Source: Candidatus Poribacteria bacterium (lineage in GTDB: Bacteria; Poribacteria; WGA-4E; WGA-3G). Taken from it: 64,000 nt of DNA. Under the pieces are notes generated by a model, which saw nothing but the letters and a program-made list of their open reading frames with translations, was not told the origin of the DNA and searched no databases. Positions 39,023-50,425 of this stretch are shown here, one piece after another. How positions within the stretch are numbered: the first letter of the stretch is position 1; the number at the start of each line of letters is the position of its first letter. The translations under genes and the position numbers were made by a program. The stretch spans positions 1,968 through 65,967 of the forward strand of contig JAJEJA010000121.1 of the NCBI GenBank assembly GCA_022828145.1, in the 5' to 3' direction.

Positions 39023-39293
39023 TATTTTACTCCTCTCTGATTATTTAGTACTGCGTATATTTATATATATACGTTTAGTTTAGAGACTACAAGTCAAAAT
39101 TTGTTCATGGGATAATCATTCATATTTTCATCAATGTTTTAAAATACCACATTAAATCTTATCTGTCAACTTAAAAACAGTTTCCTGACATACTCCCCAA
39201 GCTAAAGCATGGGGTTTTGGCGGATTTTTGATAAACTGTACCTTATTAAAGAAAGTTAAACTTGATAATCCTTGAATCTTATGCTAAAATGGC

Positions 39294-42200
39294 ATGCAAG
39301 AAAACTCAGAATATTACATAAAACAGTCTGTTAGTTCACACAAAGATGGAGCCAGTATTATCATGAAGCGTTTCGGTATTTTGTTTCTTTTCTGCTACAT
39401 TGGGTTGATTTGTGGTGCGACGATTTATGCACAACAATCAACCAAAATAGTTCCGCCACCCGGTTCAGAAAATCTGACCCCAGTTCTCAAAGGATTCAAC
39501 GCTACGATATCAGGTGAAATCTTTTGGGAAGGACATAAACTTACACAAACCAATGTATCCGTCTATCGGGATGAAAAATTAAAGGACCTATACACCAGCG
39601 GTATATCACAGCAAGGAAAATTCTCACTACGACTTGAACCGGGTAACTATTATCTGGTCGCTTATGTTGATGTTGATCAGTCTGGAAAATTTGATGAAGG
39701 TGATGCCTATGGAGTCTTAGGCGTTAAAAAATGGGAAGATGAAAGCCAGAAACATCAAGCTGTAGATATCAAAGCAAATGCTGAACTAAAAGGGATAAAA
39801 ATACACATCACAGCGCGACTCCAGAGAATTGGCGAAGAACTAAAACTTGTGCCTGAAAAACTATATCAACCCAGTGAATTCAAAAAGTTTACGACTGAAC
39901 TATCTCAAGCAACTGCTGGATGCCGGGGTACACTGATATTGACAGAAGAATCAAAACCGAACATTCATAAGATCGTAATCGCATACACCGACACCTCTTG
40001 GAAATATCAAGCTGGAATAAGTATCGTTGACCCTGATACTACCGTATGGGAACTCCGCTTAAAACCCGGTAAATACTATCTCATGGCAGTCGTTGATAAG
40101 AATAGGAGCAACAAACTTGATACTGGCGACACTTACGGTTTTTACGGTGTTAAAGATATCAACAAACGGGGTGTTTTCCCGAAACCGGTTCTCGTCAAAC
40201 GGCATACATTTACAGAGAACTTAGAAATTAAGGTATCAGCAACCTATACAAAAAAAGATGAGAAAAATCAACAGAGTACCTCTCAAATCTCCGGTAGAAT
40301 CGTACCGATGCCTCAGAATGCAACAAGAGTTCAAGTTGAAGTCTACACGAGTTCCGCCTTGGTCAATCCAATTGCTACAATGACAACAGATAAAGATGGA
40401 CAGTTTACAATAAAATTACCTGTCGGAGAATACTATGTCATCGCAAATCATGATGTTGATGCGGATGGGAAATATAGTGAAGGGGACAGACTTGGCGGTT
40501 TTGGAACAGATGCTATCATAACTAAACCACCATCACCATTGGCAATAGAGGAAGGAGAAACACGCGCAATTTATATACAGATGAGCGCACGTTATGACGT
40601 AGAAGGACAACTTGTTGAATTTGATGCTAACGATGAGAAGATACTATCCGGAAATATTGGACCGAATGGCATTGCTGAAACCCCTGATACGAATCAGATG
40701 GGGAGTATTACAGGGAAAATTACATCTTATTTCTCTACCAAAAAAGCAAAATCCGCAAATATGGATACGCAACTTGAAAATCAGCAACCGACACCAGATG
40801 GATTATTGAGCCTATCTACGACACTAGATTTCAGGAAACCGATGTGGATGCCGTTGTTCATGGATGAAAACGGAACATTTCTTGTTGATGTAAAACCAGG
40901 AAAATACTATGTTATGGCAATTCTCGACCAGAACAGCGATGGACGTTCAGGACTCTCAGATGGTATCGGGATTTATGGGACACATCAACCTGTTCGGGGA
41001 AATCCCGCTACAATAACTGTCTTCCCTGGTAAGACTACACCCCACGTTGATATTGATATCTTGGCATCTTATGTTGATGAGAAAGGTACCATGTCAGAAT
41101 TATCTGATGGCGATAGATGGAATATCGCACGGATGTATGGTAAACCCGAAGACATCTTCAATTACACAGATAGAGGCAAACAGATTGAAGAATGGATGTA
41201 TTGGACAACCGGTTTAGCATTTCAATTTGAGGGAGATGGGGCTGGTTGGAAACTAAAACACCGTGAGACTTTTGAACCAAACACACAAAATATGCAAAGT
41301 GATATACAAAAGGGGAAGCAGACTCAAGAACAGAAAAATGTAGATAACAGTGAGAACAGTCAACAGAACAGTGAAAGAGAAGTAAGCACAGATGGGTTCT
41401 CTCTTGCGACTGAATCAGTCTATATTTTCTATAGTCATGAAGGTGTTCTATGGAGGATAGCACCAGCATCCTATTTAGACAGGAAGATTTTAAACAGGAA
41501 AGGCAATACGCCATCTGAAGAACAGACAGCCAGTGAAAACCTACCCCTACTGAATATAAACACTCGTGTTGCCCCGCTTGGGTCAGGATTATATCCATCT
41601 GCTTCCGAGAGTGGCATACTTTTGTACCAGGATCCTAACCGAAACGTTATCATTTCAGATGTTGATACCACGCGAAGCACTGTTCTTTTAGATAGTCGGC
41701 AGCTGCTTGCTCAAGATGTTTCCATCTCTCCAGATGGCGAATACATTGCGTTTTCAAATGGCGACAATTTAGGAAGGAGGCGGATCGTCATCCAACATCT
41801 CAGAAGTGAAAAGACTTTCCTTATACCATCAACATCACTTGAAATGTCAAATCCTACGTGGCGTAGAGATGGACAATTACTCGCTTATGCAGCCGCAGGT
41901 TCCGTTGAAAACCCGAAAGCAGGTTCTAACAGAAATATCTATGCTTTTGACAATGTCTCAAACAGTGTTGAACCGATTGTGATTTCCCCTGATGATGACG
42001 CTGAACCTTCTTGGCATCCGACGGACCAGAATACGCTTGCATTCTCTCGTGGAGATGACGACGACACGCGGCAAATTTGGGTTGTAACGATGTCCTCTAT
42101 AGGTGAACCCATCGAAGAACAGATAACAGAAATGGGGGGTAGTCGTCCTGTCTGGGTTCCACCGAAGGGACGCTGGATTCTATATGAAAACAACGGACAA

Positions 42201-42305
42201 CTTTGGGCAGTTGATGCTACTACTCCTGGAAGTGAAGCACCGCTAATTAGCAACGGAAGAGCAGTCTTTGGATATCAACCTACCGTTGTTCATATTAATG
42301 AATGA
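39294..42305 (+). CDS. Large secreted protein with four copies of an about 100-aa repeat domain (GKYY(L/V)(M/V)A..D.....K.D.GD.YG.(Y/F)G) and a C-terminal TolB-like beta-propeller. The signal peptide suggests a start at M24 (about 39363).
   Basis: Repeats at GNYYLVAYVDVDQSGKFDEGDAYGVLG, GKYYLMAVVDKNRSNKLDTGDTYGFYG, GEYYVIANHDVDADGKYSEGDRLGGFG and GKYYVMAILDQNSDGRSGLSDGIGIYG. The C-terminal SPDGEYIAFS....WHPTDQN is TolB/WD40-like. Confidence 0.6.
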   Translation: MQENSEYYIKQSVSSHKDGASIIMKRFGILFLFCYIGLICGATIYAQQSTKIVPPPGSENLTPVLKGFNATISGEIFWEGHKLTQTNVSVYRDEKLKDLYTSGISQQGKFSLRLEPGNYYLVAYVDVDQSGKFDEGDAYGVLGVKKWEDESQKHQAVDIKANAELKGIKIHITARLQRIGEELKLVPEKLYQPSEFKKFTTELSQATAGCRGTLILTEESKPNIHKIVIAYTDTSWKYQAGISIVDPDTTVWELRLKPGKYYLMAVVDKNRSNKLDTGDTYGFYGVKDINKRGVFPKPVLVKRHTFTENLEIKVSATYTKKDEKNQQSTSQISGRIVPMPQNATRVQVEVYTSSALVNPIATMTTDKDGQFTIKLPVGEYYVIANHDVDADGKYSEGDRLGGFGTDAIITKPPSPLAIEEGETRAIYIQMSARYDVEGQLVEFDANDEKILSGNIGPNGIAETPDTNQMGSITGKITSYFSTKKAKSANMDTQLENQQPTPDGLLSLSTTLDFRKPMWMPLFMDENGTFLVDVKPGKYYVMAILDQNSDGRSGLSDGIGIYGTHQPVRGNPATITVFPGKTTPHVDIDILASYVDEKGTMSELSDGDRWNIARMYGKPEDIFNYTDRGKQIEEWMYWTTGLAFQFEGDGAGWKLKHRETFEPNTQNMQSDIQKGKQTQEQKNVDNSENSQQNSEREVSTDGFSLATESVYIFYSHEGVLWRIAPASYLDRKILNRKGNTPSEEQTASENLPLLNINTRVAPLGSGLYPSASESGILLYQDPNRNVIISDVDTTRSTVLLDSRQLLAQDVSISPDGEYIAFSNGDNLGRRRIVIQHLRSEKTFLIPSTSLEMSNPTWRRDGQLLAYAAAGSVENPKAGSNRNIYAFDNVSNSVEPIVISPDDDAEPSWHPTDQNTLAFSRGDDDDTRQIWVVTMSSIGEPIEEQITEMGGSRPVWVPPKGRWILYENNGQLWAVDATTPGSEAPLISNGRAVFGYQPTVVHINE

Positions 42306-42317
42306 GGTATTCTATCT

Positions 42318-43631
42318 ATGAAGATGTTGAAAATGCATAAGCTAACCGTAGCAGTCATTTTTTTACACGTGCTGATTCTGTCTACTGCATCAGCACAGTA
42401 TCTGCTGGTACCAATGGAACAGACTCAGACCAATCATCTTAAAGCTTACGGTTTAACGTATTGGGCATTAGAAGTGCCGCGTGAATATCAATGCTATTGG
42501 TGGTTGAATTACCGTGGTGGTGCATTTGTTGTTCCAGATTCTCCGGATGTTAGGACACGGGCAGCAAGCATGGGTGTCTCTTACGAGCAGATGAGTGTCG
42601 CTGAATACCGGACGATAAAAGAGACCATCATTGCCACAAGTAATATGGATGAAATCCTATTGGAGAAGGCACCCAAAATTGCAGTATACGCACCACCAGA
42701 AGACACAATTTATCGGGACCCGTGGGACGATGCTGTAAAAATAGCATTAGATTATGCAGAAATACCTTATGACCAAATATGGGACAAGGAGGTGCAACGC
42801 GGGGCATTACATACAGAAAACTATGATTGGCTGCACTTGCATCATGAGGATTTTACAGGACAGCACGGGAAGTTTCACGCCTCCTTTTCACATCAATTCT
42901 GGTACCAACAACGCACCGCACTTTTTGAGAAAGCTGCTAAAGAAGCAGGATTTAAAAGAGTGCCACGCCATAAAGGACAGACAGCATTAGATATCGCTGA
43001 CTATGTAGCAAAAGGCGGTTTCGTATTTGCTATGTGTTCCGCTCCTGAAACCTTAGATATCGCATTAGCGACACAGGGTGGGTTGCTTGATATCGTGGAT
43101 CCCGTCTTAGATGAAACACCTATGTCACCAGCTTATGAAGAGAAACTAAACTTTGAAAGAACATTTGCTTTTAAGGACTTCATTCTGTATCCAAATCCCA
43201 ACCGATATGAGTTTTCTGATGTTGATAATCCGGATCCTGATCGGAGTCCACAAAGCGGCGTAGAGGATTTTCAACTCTTTGAGTTCTCGGCAAAACATGA
43301 CCCTATACCAACGATGTTAACACAGAACCATGTTTCGGAAGTGCGCGGTTTTCTTGGACAGACAACCTCATTTAATCTGGATAGACTACACCCTTCAGTA
43401 ACAATCTTAGGTAAAATTGAAGGAACAAATTATGCAAAGTATCTCCACGGCACAGTAGGTAAAGGCACTTTCACTTTCCTTGGTGGACATGACCCTGAAG
43501 ATTACCGACACCTTGTAGGCGAAGGGAAGATGCCGACGAATCTCGATCTGCACAAACATTCACCAGGGTACCGTCTCATCTTGAATAATATCCTGTTTCC
43601 TGCCGCCCGAAAAAAACCGCAAAAAACATAA
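42318..43631 (+). CDS. Secreted hypothetical protein (437 aa)
   Basis: Signal peptide MKMLKMHKLTVAVIFLHVLILSTASA. No family recognised. Confidence 0.5.
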   Translation: MKMLKMHKLTVAVIFLHVLILSTASAQYLLVPMEQTQTNHLKAYGLTYWALEVPREYQCYWWLNYRGGAFVVPDSPDVRTRAASMGVSYEQMSVAEYRTIKETIIATSNMDEILLEKAPKIAVYAPPEDTIYRDPWDDAVKIALDYAEIPYDQIWDKEVQRGALHTENYDWLHLHHEDFTGQHGKFHASFSHQFWYQQRTALFEKAAKEAGFKRVPRHKGQTALDIADYVAKGGFVFAMCSAPETLDIALATQGGLLDIVDPVLDETPMSPAYEEKLNFERTFAFKDFILYPNPNRYEFSDVDNPDPDRSPQSGVEDFQLFEFSAKHDPIPTMLTQNHVSEVRGFLGQTTSFNLDRLHPSVTILGKIEGTNYAKYLHGTVGKGTFTFLGGHDPEDYRHLVGEGKMPTNLDLHKHSPGYRLILNNILFPAARKKPQKT

Positions 43632-43692
43632 ATAGTGTTTAGTGGGCAGAGATCTGGCCTTACTTGAACTTTGACTATCCACTATAAGAATT

Positions 43693-45813
43693 ATGAGAGT
43701 AACACTTGCGACCTGCAACCTCAATCAGTGGGCACTGGACTTTGAAGAGAATTGTCAACGTATCATTGAATCAATTGAATTGGCAAAAAAGGCAGGTGCG
43801 CGCTATAGACTTGGTCCAGAACTTGAGATAACAGGATACTCCTGTCAAGACCATTTCTTAGAAGAAGACACGCAACGTCATAGTTGGGAATCGCTTGCAC
43901 AGATCATTCGTGGTGGTCACACAGATGGCATCTTATGCGATATCGGTATGCCGGTCATGCACAAGAGTGTGCGATACAACTGCCGTGTGTTCGTCTGTGA
44001 TGGCAAGATACTTCTTATTCGTCCTAAAATAGTATTGGCTGCTGAGGGGAACTATCGTGAACCGCGTTGGTTCGCTGCATGGCAAAAAGGTTGGACAACA
44101 GAACCATTTCAACTCCCACCTGAGATTAAAGAAATTACGGATAACCTAATCGTGCCATTCGGTTGTGCTGTCATCGTAACACATGAGACAATTTTAGCAT
44201 CTGAGACGTGTGAAGAACTTTTCGCGCCACACTCACCCCATATTGATCTTGCTTACAACGGTGTTGAAATAATTGCTAACGGATCTGGCTCACATCATGA
44301 ACTACGCAAACTGGACACCCGCCTGTCATTAATTCGTAACGCTACAGAAAAGTGCGGTGGTGTATATCTATACGCAAATCAACAAGGATGTGATGGTGGA
44401 AGACTCTATTTCGACGGTTGTGCAACCATTGCACAGAACGGACATATCCTAACACAAGGTTCACAATTTTCCATCAATGATGTTGAAGTCGTCACAGCAA
44501 CTGTCAATTTGTCCGATGTGCGTTCCTATCGTGGTTCAAGAATGAGCGGTGCTGTTCAGGCAAGTCATGGTGTATCTATACCACAGATACATACTGACTT
44601 TAAGCTAACGAATGATGAAAATGACAATGGGGGCAATGTGAAGGTAACAGTTCCAAAGACTACGCTTCACATTCACACACCAGAAGAGGAGATCGCTTTC
44701 GGTCCTGCTTGTTGGTTGTGGGATTACCTGAGACGTTCGGAAGCAGCAGGATATTTCATTCCGCTTTCAGGTGGCTCGGATAGTGGTGCTGTCGCTACAA
44801 TAGTAGGTTCTATGTGTCAACTCGTAGCAAAAGCAATTCTTGATGACGTGGCACATGTGGTTAGAGATGCCGAAAAATTGTTCGGGGAAGCATGTGTGCA
44901 GACAATCAAAACCGACTATAACGACCCGGCTATAGCAGCAAAGCATCTTGCGAATCAACTGCTCTATACGTGTTATATGGGAACGACGAATAGTTCACGG
45001 GAAACGCGACTACGTGCTAAGGCATTAGCACATGAAATTGGCAGTTATCATCTTAATATCAATATTGACTCGCTCGTTAATGCGTTGCGAAAACTATTCA
45101 CGGGTATCACAGGTAAAACACCTCAGTTCAAAACCGAAGGGGGTAGTACAGTAGAGAATCAAGCACTGCAAAACATCCAGGCAAGATTACGAATGGTGAT
45201 TAGTTATCTTCTTGCACAAACCTTGCCTTGGGTTCGCAATAGGAACGGAACCCTACTTGTATTAGGCACCGGTAATGTTGATGAAGCACTTCGCGGTTAC
45301 CTTACAAAATATGATTGTAGTAGTGCGGATATCAATCCAATCGGTAGTATTAGTAAAACGGATCTCCGCAGTTTTCTCCGTTGGGCAAAGGACAATCTCG
45401 GTTATACAAGCCTCGGATCGATATTAGAAGCACCACCGACCGCTGAATTAGAACCTATCACCGAGACATACACACAAACCGATGAGGAAGACATGGGAAT
45501 GACATACACTGAGTTGAGTCGGTTCGGACAACTACGGAAAACCCATCGGTGTGGACCTGTCAATATGTTTGAGAAACTTGTGCAAGAATGGGACCATCTA
45601 CCTGCAAGTGAAGTTGCCGATAAAGTAAAACGTTTTTTCCGATACTATGCCATCAATCGACATAAGATGACGACATTAACACCTGCATATCACGCTGAGT
45701 CCTATTCACCCGATGACAATAGGTTTGACTTACGACAGTTCCTTTACAATACACGTTGGACTTGGCAATTTCGGAAAATTGACAGAATGTTAGCAGATAT
45801 GGACGCTGAATGA
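43693..45813 (+). CDS. nadE: Glutamine-dependent NAD+ synthetase, long eukaryotic-type form (N-terminal CN-hydrolase/nitrilase domain plus C-terminal NAD synthase domain)
   Basis: The N-terminus [20 protein letters not shown]...[17 protein letters not shown]...[17 protein letters not shown] is near-identical in pattern to yeast Qns1 and human NADSYN1. The C-terminal domain carries the PP-loop SGGSDS ATP-binding motif. Confidence 0.9.
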   Translation: MRVTLATCNLNQWALDFEENCQRIIESIELAKKAGARYRLGPELEITGYSCQDHFLEEDTQRHSWESLAQIIRGGHTDGILCDIGMPVMHKSVRYNCRVFVCDGKILLIRPKIVLAAEGNYREPRWFAAWQKGWTTEPFQLPPEIKEITDNLIVPFGCAVIVTHETILASETCEELFAPHSPHIDLAYNGVEIIANGSGSHHELRKLDTRLSLIRNATEKCGGVYLYANQQGCDGGRLYFDGCATIAQNGHILTQGSQFSINDVEVVTATVNLSDVRSYRGSRMSGAVQASHGVSIPQIHTDFKLTNDENDNGGNVKVTVPKTTLHIHTPEEEIAFGPACWLWDYLRRSEAAGYFIPLSGGSDSGAVATIVGSMCQLVAKAILDDVAHVVRDAEKLFGEACVQTIKTDYNDPAIAAKHLANQLLYTCYMGTTNSSRETRLRAKALAHEIGSYHLNINIDSLVNALRKLFTGITGKTPQFKTEGGSTVENQALQNIQARLRMVISYLLAQTLPWVRNRNGTLLVLGTGNVDEALRGYLTKYDCSSADINPIGSISKTDLRSFLRWAKDNLGYTSLGSILEAPPTAELEPITETYTQTDEEDMGMTYTELSRFGQLRKTHRCGPVNMFEKLVQEWDHLPASEVADKVKRFFRYYAINRHKMTTLTPAYHAESYSPDDNRFDLRQFLYNTRWTWQFRKIDRMLADMDAE

Positions 45814-47441
45814 AGATGACAACTTTTTATAATACATCTCAGTATTCAATCATCCTTATCAGTGTAGTTTCTTTGTTGTTGATTTTTGCGTCTTATGCTG
45901 TCTATGGCGTTCCAAATTTACCGCTTAACTTTGATGGATGGGTGATGGATACACTTAATAAGCTTGAAATATCAGGAATCATAGATGGATACCACAGGAA
46001 CTCTCTACCACAATCTCGAAGTGACATCGCGAAGATTATTCAGAAAACAGAGAAACGAATCCGTACAGAACAGATTTCCCTATCGCCAATAGATAGAAAA
46101 CTTTTGGAGAAACTCAAAAGCGAATTTAAAGCGGAATTATTCCATGAATATAAGACCGATACTGACAGAAACTACAGACAGATAACAGACATTCGGATTC
46201 AACCTGAATTGCGAGTGTCTAACAGTGAAATCGCACCTGCACTGCAAAGCGGATTGCATTACGCAATCGGAAATAATAGAAATCACATAACATTCTACAC
46301 CGAGTTAGAAGTTACTAATTTTGAACCAGGGATTGAATTTGTTGAGCGTTATTTCTTACCTGATGCAGCTTCGCTTCAAAAATCTGCTGACCAGAGATAT
46401 GAAAGGTGGCATTGGGATTACGTAGTTGATTTCAAACGAAGCTACCTTCAATACAAATTTGCCGCTTTTGGAGATACCGAATTTGACATCCTGATTGGGA
46501 GAGACTCTGTTTATTGGGGCGCAAGTCCAGAGAAATCTATTTCGATTTCTGACAACTCTCCACCTTTTGAACTTGTGCGACTCGCTGCGAAAATAGGAGA
46601 TCTCAAGGCAACCGCTTTTACATCACAACTGAATTCAACATGGTATGATGATGGGACAACGCGTTATCTTGCAAAACGTTTCCTCAGTGCTCACCGCCTT
46701 GATTATCAATTCAGTGATTGGCTGGAGATTGGTATATCTGAAATGGTGCTATACGGTGGGGATGTGCAAGCATTGCAGTGGAAATATGTCAACCCGTTTA
46801 TACCCTATTATGCTGTGCAATATAATGCCAATAAGGACGATAACATTGTACTGAGTATTGATGCTTCTGTCCGTCCCGTTGATGGTTTACGTCTATACGC
46901 AGAGTGGTTTGCAGATGATTATCAGTACCAATCCGATTCAAACGATCCACATGCAGTTGCATGGATTACGGGATTTGATTGGTATCCAATATTTATGGAA
47001 CGTCAACTCGGTATCCATTCGGCGTATGTGAGGATCAACCGATGGACTTATACACATCTGGAACCTGATAATCAGTTTACTCACTTCGGAGCGATTATCG
47101 GTCATCCGATTGGAACGGATGCTGACCTGTTTTCATGTCGTCTTTCATATCAAGCGACACCTTCAGCATTGATTGAGACCCGTTTTAGTCATCAACGAAA
47201 TGGAGAAGCAGACGTAACCGACCGTTTTTACGGTGAAGACTTTGAAAATATACCGTTTCCATCAGGCACTGTTGAACGTCTATCTGAAATTCGGGTTGGA
47301 TGGCAATATAGACCTATTGATGGTTTTAACGGATCAATCAACTACGCATGGCGACACATTCAAAACAGAGATAACACAGAAGGTGACTCCGAACAGCAAC
47401 ATCGCATCGTTTTCCTGCTGGCTTATGCATGGACAAAGTAA
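45810..47441 (+). CDS. Hypothetical outer-membrane/beta-barrel-type protein, possibly a Wzi-like capsule-assembly family protein
   Basis: N-terminal TM/signal anchor. The [32 protein letters not shown] segment resembles the Wzi N-terminal motif. The ATGA start overlaps the nadE stop. Assignment is tentative. Confidence 0.4.
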   Translation: MKMTTFYNTSQYSIILISVVSLLLIFASYAVYGVPNLPLNFDGWVMDTLNKLEISGIIDGYHRNSLPQSRSDIAKIIQKTEKRIRTEQISLSPIDRKLLEKLKSEFKAELFHEYKTDTDRNYRQITDIRIQPELRVSNSEIAPALQSGLHYAIGNNRNHITFYTELEVTNFEPGIEFVERYFLPDAASLQKSADQRYERWHWDYVVDFKRSYLQYKFAAFGDTEFDILIGRDSVYWGASPEKSISISDNSPPFELVRLAAKIGDLKATAFTSQLNSTWYDDGTTRYLAKRFLSAHRLDYQFSDWLEIGISEMVLYGGDVQALQWKYVNPFIPYYAVQYNANKDDNIVLSIDASVRPVDGLRLYAEWFADDYQYQSDSNDPHAVAWITGFDWYPIFMERQLGIHSAYVRINRWTYTHLEPDNQFTHFGAIIGHPIGTDADLFSCRLSYQATPSALIETRFSHQRNGEADVTDRFYGEDFENIPFPSGTVERLSEIRVGWQYRPIDGFNGSINYAWRHIQNRDNTEGDSEQQHRIVFLLAYAWTK

Positions 47442-48160
47442 AACTGAGGGACGTCGCAATGGTAAAAAATATTTTTTTTGCGAGAAAAAAACGTGTTTTT
47501 CTGTTGATATTATGTGCCTTGCTGATAATTGGTTTCGTTGTCATTGTCCGGGACTGGTACGGTGTTCGCTTACTCGCAGTATCGCCAGAAATCTACAAGT
47601 ATCGTCATGTAATTCGCCAGCATGCGTCAACACACGACTTGGATTGGAAGTTGATTATAGCACTGATTGTTCAAGAATCTGGCTTTAACGAATATGCGAT
47701 AAGTCCAGCTGGGGCAAAAGGCTTGATGCAACTTATGCCTGAAACAGCAAAGGAGCTTGGGGTTACCGACCCATACAATGCAGAGGAGAGTATTGCTGGT
47801 GCTACACGTTATCTCCGCAATCTATACGATCTCTATCCAGATAGTTCCCATCCCAATCGTGTCCGCATCGCCTTAGCAAGCTATAATGGGGGACGGGGAC
47901 ATATTAAAGATGCTCAAAAGATAACATTGCACCAGAATGGACAACCACATCAGTGGGAATCGCTACGTTCACACCTTAGTCTACTCACCGAAAAAGATAG
48001 AGCGTTACATGCAGAAGTATGGGAATCGGGGAGACCTCCGCATGGGTACTTTAACGGGTTCGGAGAAACGCTTAATTATGTGGATAAGGTGATGCGGTAT
48101 TACGACAGGCTTTGCCATTTTGCTGAAATTGTGCGTAAAGTTAAATCCATTGTAAGTTAA
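47429..48160 (+). CDS. Lytic transglycosylase (SLT domain)
   Basis: SLT catalytic motif ...QESGFNEYAISPAGAKGLMQLMPETAKELGV... and the downstream YNGG segment. N-terminal membrane anchor. Confidence 0.85.
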   Translation: MDKVKLRDVAMVKNIFFARKKRVFLLILCALLIIGFVVIVRDWYGVRLLAVSPEIYKYRHVIRQHASTHDLDWKLIIALIVQESGFNEYAISPAGAKGLMQLMPETAKELGVTDPYNAEESIAGATRYLRNLYDLYPDSSHPNRVRIALASYNGGRGHIKDAQKITLHQNGQPHQWESLRSHLSLLTEKDRALHAEVWESGRPPHGYFNGFGETLNYVDKVMRYYDRLCHFAEIVRKVKSIVS

Positions 48161-48168
48161 TAAGAAGC

Positions 48169-48293
48169 ATAGTAGATAATCTATTCTAATTGTTCGGGTA
48201 AAGGTCGCGATTCAGAGATGGTAGGAGGGAACTCCGATTCCCGACTATTGCTTATACCCACAAGTTTAGTCTGGACTATCCAATAGGAGCCTG
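48169..48293. repeat. MITE-like palindromic element, copy B. It is the inverted orientation of copy A with one internal arm deleted.
   Basis: Over 90% identical to the reverse complement of 8331-8472 over the terminal segments (ggactatcc...gggaactccgattcccgactatt.cttatacccacaagtttagtctggactatcc). Confidence 0.6.
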
Positions 48294-48332
48294 TGGCATA
48301 TGATCAACCATGAGGTAAAAGCATTTTGTATG

Positions 48333-49190
48333 CTAATCAACATTAGGTTCTATTTTAGGATCATAATCCTCGTATGCCAAAGTACCAGGAAAATCAAGTA
48401 TTGTCTGAATAACCCAATCAATACGGTTGGTTCCGACATGCGGTTCCTTTTTTTCAGGATCGGCATTAGCTATATAGTACATTGTTGCTGCATTATAGTC
48501 ATCAAGTACTTCATATATATTTCGATCTGTTTTTCTGTAGTTGTCCCATACTTCCTGTGCTATCGCTTTTACTTTATGCAGGTCTGACTCAGATGCCTCT
48601 TTGATGTATTTACCTATTAAATCGGGTGGACACTGTAGATGTTCTGGAACACCGTCTACAAAGAATGGATTTATTGATGTCATGTAGGTTTTACCTTCTT
48701 TTAATCTTTGTTCACGTTTAAGTAGGATCCAACGATGGAAGTCTCGCATTCTTACATGTTCCGGGTAATCAAGTACTGATTGGACGACCCAATCAATACG
48801 GTTTGCACCGGTCTGATAATCCTCTCGTCCCTTGTATCCTCTTCTTTCAACATCTGATTTGGCATGGAACTCCATTTCCATTTCTTCAGCAAGCGGCAAT
48901 GTTTTTAAAACGTGGCGTTTTGGGTTATATTCGGTTACAACCTCCCTCGCGATAGCTTGGATCTTAAGGACATCCTCTCTGGTAATTTCATTGAGATACT
49001 TACCTATGAGTCGTTCTGGACACTGTAGATGTGATGGAACACCATCTGCAAAAAGCGGATTTGATGAAGTTTGTAGGGTTTTTTCTTTTTGATTATTCTG
49101 ATTCAGAAGTAGTATACCTACAATGAAGATTATACAAACAGAAACAACCGCTCCAATAACGAAAAAGTTTGAAAAATACTTTTTTAGCAT
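48333..49190 (-). CDS. Membrane-anchored hypothetical protein with two copies of an about 110-aa domain (NP(L/F)F(A/V)DGVP.HLQCP..LIGKY...)
   Basis: Internal duplication seen in the translation. N-terminal TM. It is paralogous to the downstream gene. Confidence 0.55.
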   Translation of the reverse strand: MLKKYFSNFFVIGAVVSVCIIFIVGILLLNQNNQKEKTLQTSSNPLFADGVPSHLQCPERLIGKYLNEITREDVLKIQAIAREVVTEYNPKRHVLKTLPLAEEMEMEFHAKSDVERRGYKGREDYQTGANRIDWVVQSVLDYPEHVRMRDFHRWILLKREQRLKEGKTYMTSINPFFVDGVPEHLQCPPDLIGKYIKEASESDLHKVKAIAQEVWDNYRKTDRNIYEVLDDYNAATMYYIANADPEKKEPHVGTNRIDWVIQTILDFPGTLAYEDYDPKIEPNVD

Positions 49191-49195
49191 CCGTT

Positions 49196-50251
49196 TTAAT
49201 CTCCTTTGTTATCTCCTAATTTATATAGACCTGTTGTATATGGGTTAATGTTGTAATTCCAACCTCCGAGGTTTTCAAGTTCCTCGTCAGTAGTTTCATT
49301 TAAATCAATTGTAATACGTTCTGCATCACGACCTGAGTGACCCAGACCGTAAATTGTTCCAGTAAATTTGTCATCATTGCCAGAACTGTAGATGAATTCG
49401 TAATAGAATCCATTATCTGCGCGAAACTTTCTCCCATCTGGTAATTCGTGAAGATTCCAGTCGGGATCCCATCCAGCTTGCTCTACCATCATCATATCCG
49501 TTGCTCTGATGGGGTCTTCCCTTAGAAGTACAACAATCTCAGGATAGTCAAGAATTGATTGTACACCCCAATCAAAACGATTTGCCGCCACGCCGAGACC
49601 CTTCTTGTCAGGATCTGCGTTAGCATGATAATATATTTCTGCCTCAATAAATTGAGGCCAGACATCAGGAAGAGGCCGGTTCGGATTAAATCTTTCAACT
49701 ACTTCGTTGGCAATTTCACCAATCTTACGTAAATTCTCTACTGATACCTCCTTAGTGTAAAAACCAACTAATTCTTTTGGACATTGTAAGTGTTCTGGAA
49801 CTCCATCTGCAAAAAGTGGGTTAGACGATGTTGAACCTTTGCCGTGAAACTCCTCTGCGTCTTTCTGTCTTTCCGCTGTAGCGTCTATTATATCAGAGGT
49901 GACCGAGTTAGTTTTCTGTTTTACTCTCAAGGATTTGTCTTGAGGGTTGTCAACCATTTCTGCTTCATCGTCAGAATCAACTTTTTTGGATGTTTCCCTT
50001 TGACTCAGTTTCTCTAAAGTCTTAGTTGCTTCAGTATTAAGGGGAGCAGTAGCGAAATAATAGTAACAGACGCATGCCCCTGCAACTATTACCAGTAACC
50101 CAATAATACCAAGGATCCATTTGTTAAAAAAGATATCGCGTATCATCTTTAACCTTCCTTCTTTTGACAAACCGCGAAGATATGTCAGTTTTGAAATCAA
50201 CAAAAACACCAAATTCAATATACGTTTAAATGGTTGATGTCCACTATGCAC
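49196..50251 (-). CDS. Membrane-anchored hypothetical protein, paralog of the 48333-49190 gene, with one copy of the domain and a long N-terminal extension
   Basis: SSNPLFADGVPEHLQCPKELVGFY...GVAANRFDWGVQSILDYPE compares with SSNPLFADGVPSHLQCPERLIGKY...GANRIDWVVQSVLDYPE. Confidence 0.55.
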   Translation of the reverse strand: MHSGHQPFKRILNLVFLLISKLTYLRGLSKEGRLKMIRDIFFNKWILGIIGLLVIVAGACVCYYYFATAPLNTEATKTLEKLSQRETSKKVDSDDEAEMVDNPQDKSLRVKQKTNSVTSDIIDATAERQKDAEEFHGKGSTSSNPLFADGVPEHLQCPKELVGFYTKEVSVENLRKIGEIANEVVERFNPNRPLPDVWPQFIEAEIYYHANADPDKKGLGVAANRFDWGVQSILDYPEIVVLLREDPIRATDMMMVEQAGWDPDWNLHELPDGRKFRADNGFYYEFIYSSGNDDKFTGTIYGLGHSGRDAERITIDLNETTDEELENLGGWNYNINPYTTGLYKLGDNKGD

Positions 50252-50425
50252 GCCAAGTTAATGGTGCATCATTCATATTATGAACATTGACTATTATACT
50301 AACATGTAAAAAAACATCAAACTAAATTTCAAGATTCATATAAACGGCAATTGACAAACACATTCGTAAATTGTATAATATGATTAAGGATTGTGGTTGA
50401 AGAAACTTAGAAACAAAAATATCGC

